34,611 nucleotides of DNA from a virus, in UHGV virus genome UHGV-0165227; one strand, given 5' to 3'. The notes below the pieces were generated by a model. It searched no databases, was not told the origin of the DNA, and saw only the letters and a list, made by a program, of their open reading frames with translations. A program made the position numbers and the translations under genes. The first letter of the stretch is position 1; each line of letters begins with the position of its first letter. Of this stretch, positions 29,741 to 34,611 are shown piece after piece.

Positions 29741-29859
29741 GGCATAAACAACAGAATAAACACTGCACTGTGTATTCATTCCAACGAGTGAATACACGGA
29801 GCAATGTCGCTCGTAACTAAACAGGAGACGACTTGTTCTGATTATTGGAAATCTTCTTT

Positions 29860-29885
29860 GCCCTCCAGTGTGAGGGCCTTTTTAT
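29860..29885 (+). terminator. Intrinsic terminator upstream of cIII
   Basis: GCCCTC / GAGGGC stem, 6-nt loop, CTTTTTAT. Confidence 0.5.
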
Positions 29886-29949
29886 ATGCATACCAATAAC
29901 GCTTCACTTGAGGCGTTTTCGTTATGCAATCAAACAGAAGGAGCATCCT

Positions 29950-30120
29950 ATGCAACAGTTCGCTATTGCAGGGGCGGCATCGGTTCGCCCTTTCAACCCG
30001 ATTTTATCGGTACAGCATTCACGAAAAAACATTTTAACCGGAGCAGACTTTAAACAACCAAGAATGAAAAGTTTGCTCGAAAAGCTTTGGGATATTTTGA
30101 AACAACAAGGCCGTCCATGA
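29950..30120 (+). CDS. cIII: CIII-like protein (FtsH inhibitor)
   Basis: AAGGAG RBS; MQQFAIAG...SLLEKLWDILKQQG resembles lambda CIII core; 56 aa. Confidence 0.6.
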   Translation: MQQFAIAGAASVRPFNPILSVQHSRKNILTGADFKQPRMKSLLEKLWDILKQQGRP

Positions 30121-30275
30121 GTTTTACAGATAACTGGTCAGACGAAGAATTCATTCGTCAGATGAAAGATTTAATCGGTAACGAAGGAGATATTCATGTC
30201 ACTTGCAACCACAGTGAAGGAGAGCAAGTTACAGAGACGCATGTACACGCAGAAAGCTCTCTGGTATCGCCATAA
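30117..30275 (+). CDS. Small acidic hypothetical protein (Kil position)
   Basis: ATG overlaps cIII stop (ATGA); 52 aa. Confidence 0.3.
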   Translation: MSFTDNWSDEEFIRQMKDLIGNEGDIHVTCNHSEGEQVTETHVHAESSLVSP

Positions 30276-30374
30276 TGGTGACCGCGAAGGAATGCGGGTA
30301 TGCCTTAATTTGTCCCGAGTCGAAGTATTAAATCAGCGTTATTTCCTTGGGCCGTGTCCATTCTGAGGTGAATT

Positions 30375-31082
30375 ATGGATTTGAATAAATTCGATGAGCC
30401 ATTCAGCCCTGAAGATATCGAATGGCGAATACAGCAAAGCGGTAAAACACGCGATGGCAAGGTGTGGGCTATGGTGCTGGCTTATGTCACGAACCGGGCA
30501 ATCATGAAACGCCTTGACGATGTTTGTGGCAAAGCAGGATGGCGCAATGAATACCGCGATATTCCCAACAACGGCGGCGTTGAATGCGGCATATCAATCA
30601 AGATTGATTCCGAATGGGTAACCAAATGGGATGCTGCTGAAAACACGCAGGTAGAAGCCGTCAAAGGTGGTCGTTCCGGTGCAATGAAGCGCGCTGCTGT
30701 TCAGTGGGGAATCGGTCGGTATCTGTATAACCTTGAGGAAGGTTTCGCACAAACATCTCTCGATAAAAAGCAGGGATGGCACAGGGCAAAACTCAAGGAT
30801 GGAACAGGATTTTACTGGCTCCCTCCATCGCTGCCGGGATGGGCAATCCCAGCATCAGATAACAAACCATCACCAGAAAATACCAACCAGAAATCTCCAT
30901 CGGTTGACTGCGAGCAAATCCTGAAAGACTTCAGCGATTATGCGTCAACAGAAACTGACAAGAAAAAACTCATCGAGCGTTATCAGCGTGACTGGCAATT
31001 AATGGCTGGCAACGAGGAGGCGCAGGCTAAATGCGTTCAGGTAATGAACATCAGAGTTAACGAACTAAAACAGGCGGCATAA
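30375..31082 (+). CDS. Rad52-family single-strand annealing protein
   Basis: GGRSGAMKRAAVQWGIGRYLYNL and upstream GW...EY pattern resemble Rad52 N-terminal domain; GAGGTGA RBS; adjacent to ssb. Confidence 0.55.
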   Translation: MDLNKFDEPFSPEDIEWRIQQSGKTRDGKVWAMVLAYVTNRAIMKRLDDVCGKAGWRNEYRDIPNNGGVECGISIKIDSEWVTKWDAAENTQVEAVKGGRSGAMKRAAVQWGIGRYLYNLEEGFAQTSLDKKQGWHRAKLKDGTGFYWLPPSLPGWAIPASDNKPSPENTNQKSPSVDCEQILKDFSDYASTETDKKKLIERYQRDWQLMAGNEEAQAKCVQVMNIRVNELKQAA

Positions 31083-31544
31083 ATGGCAAGCAGAGGCGTA
31101 AATAAGGTGATTATCCTTGGTCGGGTAGGACAAGACCCGGAAGTTCGATACTCACCATCAGGTACAGCGTTCGCTAACCTGACAATAGCCACGTCAGAAC
31201 AATGGCGAGATAAAAATACTGGCGAGCAAAAGGAATTGACTGAATGGCATCGTGTTGCTGTATCCGGGAAACTGGCTGAGGTCGTGGGGCAGTATGTGAA
31301 AAAAGGTGATCAGATTTATTTCGAGGGAATGCTGAGAACCAGAAAGTGGAAAGACCAGTCAGGGCAAGACCGTTACACAACCGAGGTTCATGTCGGAATT
31401 AATGGCGTGATGCAAATGCTTGGCGGCATTGGCGACAGCAAACAACAAGCAGCCAGCAGGCAATCACAGAAGCCACAGCAGCAATCATCACCAGCACAAC
31501 ACAACGAACATCCTATGAACTTCGACGATGAGATCCCATTTTAA
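31083..31544 (+). CDS. ssb: Single-stranded DNA-binding protein
   Basis: OB-fold N-terminus [23 protein letters not shown], Gln-rich linker, acidic tail DDEIPF. Confidence 0.9.
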   Translation: MASRGVNKVIILGRVGQDPEVRYSPSGTAFANLTIATSEQWRDKNTGEQKELTEWHRVAVSGKLAEVVGQYVKKGDQIYFEGMLRTRKWKDQSGQDRYTTEVHVGINGVMQMLGGIGDSKQQAASRQSQKPQQQSSPAQHNEHPMNFDDEIPF

Positions 31545-31559
31545 TCATTGGGAGAAAAT

Positions 31560-32027
31560 ATGATCACTTGCAAAAAATGTGGAGAGAATAAACCACCTAA
31601 TGGTTTTTATCCTAGAAATAAGGTGTGCAAGGAATGCACTAAAAAACGAGTAACTGAATATCAAAAAGGAATAGGAAAGCTAATACATAATAATGCTTGT
31701 AAAAAATATAACAAAAGCGAAAAGGGCAAGGTTGCATTAATCAAAGCAAGAGAGAACTATCTGGAATCTCATCGCCAAAGACAGCAAGCAAGATGGTCAG
31801 TCAAACGAGCAATTAAATCTGGTAAGTTATGTAGACCAACAACGTGTCAGAAATGCAACAGCAAATGCCACCCAGACGCTCACCACTGCGATTACAGTAA
31901 ACCTCTTGAAGTGATGTGGCTATGCAAAGCATGTCATGTTGAATGGCACAAGCACAACAAGCCAATATATCCAGACGAGGAACCAGTAACTCTCCCCTTC
32001 CCTCGTCACGCTATTCACGCAATTTAA
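31560..32027 (+). CDS. HNH endonuclease (Cys-rich, zinc-binding)
   Basis: C-terminal HHCDY...LCKACHVEWHKHN HNH motif with paired CxxC; GGGAGA RBS before ATG 31560. Confidence 0.7.
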   Translation: MITCKKCGENKPPNGFYPRNKVCKECTKKRVTEYQKGIGKLIHNNACKKYNKSEKGKVALIKARENYLESHRQRQQARWSVKRAIKSGKLCRPTTCQKCNSKCHPDAHHCDYSKPLEVMWLCKACHVEWHKHNKPIYPDEEPVTLPFPRHAIHAI

Positions 32028-32040
32028 TCAGGAGAAAATC

Positions 32041-32337
32041 ATGCCAGCGCCTCTGTATGGTGCGGATGACGCGCGCCGCTGTTCCGGCAATTCCGTATCG
32101 GAGGTGCTGGATAAATTCAGGAAAAACTACGACCGGATAATGTCGCTACCGCAGGAAACGAAAGAGGAAAAGGAATTTCGCCATTGTATATGGCTTGCAG
32201 AGAAAGAAGAACGCGAGCGAATTTACCAGACATCAATCCGACCATTCCGCAAAGCCACATATACCCACTTCCCTGAATATATCGACCCGCGCCTGCGTAA
32301 TTACCGCTCACGTTATGGCGCTATCAGTAATGACTGA
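32041..32337 (+). CDS. Hypothetical phage protein
   Basis: AGGAG RBS; 98 aa. Confidence 0.45.
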   Translation: MPAPLYGADDARRCSGNSVSEVLDKFRKNYDRIMSLPQETKEEKEFRHCIWLAEKEERERIYQTSIRPFRKATYTHFPEYIDPRLRNYRSRYGAISND

Positions 32338-32347
32338 GGAATTTACC

Positions 32348-32515
32348 ATGAGAGGACTTGCATACAATCCCGGCATTCTTCCGGCAGAAATGATTATTCG
32401 CCAACGCGTAAAGCCAATGCCATCGAGAGAGGAATTGCTTAAGAGAAATTCTTTTCCTTCAGTGAATCAAAACAAATATCTGAATGAGATGTGGCGCAAA
32501 GGAGGCAACCAGTGA
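32348..32515 (+). CDS. Small hypothetical protein
   Basis: GAGGA RBS 7 nt before ATG 32348; 55 aa. Confidence 0.3.
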   Translation: MRGLAYNPGILPAEMIIRQRVKPMPSREELLKRNSFPSVNQNKYLNEMWRKGGNQ

Positions 32516-32832
32516 GCAAGATTGACTATCAGGCACTGCGTGAGGCGGCAGAGAAAGCAACTAAAGGAAGCTACATCGTAGGGCATACATCTGTTAACCA
32601 GCACGGCAATTTAACAGGAGTTTTTGTTTGTCAAAAATGGAAAGGAGAACCCGGTGGCGTGATTGCAGAATGTCATGTTAACTGCCTGGTTAAAACAGAT
32701 GTTCAGGCTTATGCAAACGCTGAATTTATTGCTGCCTTTAATCCAAATGTTGCGCTGGCACTACTGGATGAACGGGAAAGAAACCAGCAATTTAAGCGAA
32801 TTAACGTGGTGCAGCCACAATCAGCACCATGA
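32512..32832 (+). CDS. Hypothetical protein, possibly Ead/Ea22-like C-terminal domain
   Basis: GTG start overlapping previous stop (GTGA) with GGAGG RBS; motif [19 protein letters not shown]. Confidence 0.35.
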   Translation: MSKIDYQALREAAEKATKGSYIVGHTSVNQHGNLTGVFVCQKWKGEPGGVIAECHVNCLVKTDVQAYANAEFIAAFNPNVALALLDERERNQQFKRINVVQPQSAP

Positions 32833-32985
32833 TGACACGCTATATGTTCGAGCTGACCTTGTGAATGGCAACTCTCCGGTAACTCCGGATGGTTCGGATG
32901 ATGGTTAACCATTTTTGATGTAAAAACATCCTTCTCTGAGGGCTTGCTCCTCAATAAGTTTGGTTTTATAATTATGCGCAATGAA

Positions 32986-33039
32986 GGTGGGCGGTTCGCT
33001 ACTATACAAGAGGGGTGTACCCCGCGAACTTAACCCACC
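32986..33039 (+). other. Predicted nested stem-loop immediately upstream of the NYN-domain gene
   Basis: GGTGGG (32986-32991) pairs with CCCACC (33034-33039); GTTCGC (32994-32999) with GCGAAC (33024-33029); inner GGGG-TGTA-CCCC hairpin (33012-33023). Confidence 0.35.
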
Positions 33040-33057
33040 ACCCCTTTCCTCCCTACT

Positions 33058-33705
33058 ATGAATTGCAAATCAATGACCAGAAAATATGCCATCATGATCG
33101 ATGCTGGTTTTTTGCGTGCAAAATTAGGCACAAAAGATAAGCCAATCGATGCGGAAGTAATCAAAGTATTTGTAGAAAAACTAACAAAAAGGCCTGAACT
33201 AGAAGGCATGATTTTGCACCGTGTTTATTATTACGATGCAGAGCCGCTTACCGGAATACAGACGCATCCGATTAGTGGAGAGAAAATTGACTTCTCTGAA
33301 ACAGAAGTTTCTAAAAGAAATAAAGCCATGCTTGATGAGTTGAAAAGAACTCCTTTTTTTGCAGTAAGACTTGGAGAGACAAACTTTCGAGGATGGAAGG
33401 TTGACCCATGGGCATTAAAGAGCAGTGACTCTAAAACTTCTTCCATTAATGCCTACAATGTTAAGCCTAATGTTCAGCAGAAAGGCGTTGATATGCGTAT
33501 TGCGTTAGATATGTCATCAATGTCATTAAAAAAACAGGCAGATATATATGCTTTGGTGACTGGTGATTCAGATTTTGTTCCAATTATAAAATTTGCCAGG
33601 AAAGAAGGCCGACAGATTTTTCTATACACACTGGGACATAGTGTCAAGCAGACGATGTATGAACATTCCGATTTGTTAGTGCCAGATACCATGGATAAAT
33701 TGTGA
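33058..33705 (+). CDS. NYN-domain (PIN-like) predicted ribonuclease
   Basis: NYN signatures: N-terminal YAIMIDAGFL strand and GVDMRIALDM...VTGDSDFVPII; start uncertain (33058 or 33073), no clear SD. Confidence 0.6.
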   Translation: MNCKSMTRKYAIMIDAGFLRAKLGTKDKPIDAEVIKVFVEKLTKRPELEGMILHRVYYYDAEPLTGIQTHPISGEKIDFSETEVSKRNKAMLDELKRTPFFAVRLGETNFRGWKVDPWALKSSDSKTSSINAYNVKPNVQQKGVDMRIALDMSSMSLKKQADIYALVTGDSDFVPIIKFARKEGRQIFLYTLGHSVKQTMYEHSDLLVPDTMDKL

Positions 33706-33807
33706 TTGGAGCTAGGAATAGGTTAGCCGCGCCTTAATAGATGATCCATTCTGGCAGAAAAAGAACACAAAGAAGTAGCCTAAGTGCCCCCAACAGCATT
33801 TACACCC

Positions 33808-33940
33808 AGGCCCTCATTGCGGGCCTTTCTATTTACAGAGATGGCTGAGCAGAACGCCAAGAACTGACAACCTGAACGAATACGAACCCGCCTAGTGCGG
33901 GTTTTCTTTTATCTGAACTCGCTACTGCGAGTTTTGTTTT
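33808..33940 (+). terminator. Three consecutive intrinsic-terminator-like hairpins (33808-33834, 33885-33910, 33916-33940)
   Basis: Each is a 6-7 bp GC-rich stem followed by a T-tract; second and third are tandem near-repeats. Confidence 0.5.
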
Positions 33941-33952
33941 ATGGAGATGATT

Positions 33953-34252
33953 ATGGTCTGTTCAACATTCAACCCTCTAACGTTACAGAAATACCAGCCA
34001 GACCCTGAAGATTTATGCTCACTGTGTGGCGGAAATCATGGCAAAGCCGCCATGATCGAATGTAAGGACAAAATCCACATATGCCTTAATTGCGTTGATG
34101 TCCTCGTTGATATCAAAAATGAGAGAGAAGATAAAAAGCGTAGCGAGGCTGTTCGCGCCTTAGATTCATGGATGCGAGATGGGTATAGTGCCGCGCAAAT
34201 TTATGACTTAGCAATATCAAAAGGCGAAATACCAGGAGTGCGTATCGAATAA
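33953..34252 (+). CDS. Cys-rich (zinc-ribbon-like) hypothetical protein
   Basis: GGAG RBS 7 nt before ATG 33953; CSLCGG...ICLNC paired-Cys motifs. Confidence 0.4.
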   Translation: MVCSTFNPLTLQKYQPDPEDLCSLCGGNHGKAAMIECKDKIHICLNCVDVLVDIKNEREDKKRSEAVRALDSWMRDGYSAAQIYDLAISKGEIPGVRIE

Positions 34253-34360
34253 GACGTAACCAACATTCGAATTGAAGAACTGAAAGAACACCAAGCCGCC
34301 TGATGGCGGTTTTTTATTGCCTGATTTGCAGGTTCGATTCCCTATTCGGAGATAGCACTC

Positions 34361-34561
34361 ATGCAACACGAACTACAACCTGATTCACTGGTTGATTTGA
34401 AATTCATCATGGCCGATACTGGCTTCGGTAAAACCTTCATCTATGACCGGATTAAGTCCGGCGACCTGCCAAAAGCCAAAGTTATCCACGGACGCGCAAG
34501 ATGGTTATATCGTGACCATTGTGAATTCAAAAATAAGCTCTTAAGCCGCGCCAATGGGTAA
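34361..34561 (+). CDS. xis: AlpA/Xis-family excisionase-like DNA-binding protein
   Basis: Winged-helix AlpA pattern IMADTGFGKTFIYDRIKSGDLPKAKVIHGRARWL; at prophage edge where int would follow. Confidence 0.65.
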   Translation: MQHELQPDSLVDLKFIMADTGFGKTFIYDRIKSGDLPKAKVIHGRARWLYRDHCEFKNKLLSRANG

Positions 34562-34611
34562 AATAGCGGGTAAAATATTTCTAACATCTAAAAAACACCA
34601 TTCCAATCAAT

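Noticed and set aside
29845-29949. N-terminal extension of the cIII ORF from a TTG start
   Set aside because: An intrinsic terminator (29860-29885) lies inside the extension and the AAGGAG RBS precedes the ATG at 29950.

Overview
The whole window is a nearly complete, mosaic temperate enterobacterial prophage; no rRNA, tRNA or CRISPR was seen. All calls come from reading the sequence and ORF track and from recalled protein families; no database search or folding was run. Layout, left to right: (1) P22-type immI region (ant, arc, mnt, a candidate sar-like antisense RNA) plus an AT-rich accessory cluster where P22 carries sieA; (2) Sf6/P22-like podovirus morphogenesis module on the minus strand (ejection proteins gp16/gp20/gp7, gp14-like, tail needle gp26, gp10, gp4, coat, scaffold, portal, TerL, TerS); (3) lambda-type lysis cassette (S, R, Rz/Rz1) with a lambda-like late leader, interrupted upstream by an HNH endonuclease gene, then Q; (4) lambda-like nin region including the Ser/Thr phosphatase; (5) replication module (TOPRIM primase-helicase plus an O-like initiator with internal iteron origin); (6) phage-434-type immunity (cI, cro, OR1-3, OL1-3, nutL/nutR, N); (7) early-left genes (cIII-like, Rad52-like annealing protein, SSB, second HNH) and an AlpA-type excisionase at the right edge. 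Integrase and tailspike lie outside the window. The most interesting loci are cargo genes in classic prophage hotspots: a signal-peptide protein translationally coupled to cI in the rexAB position; a two-gene cassette downstream of N; the HExxH / small membrane / YjzC-like cluster between gp16 and mnt; and a NYN-domain protein with a structured leader followed by covarying tandem hairpins near xis. None can be assigned a function from sequence alone.
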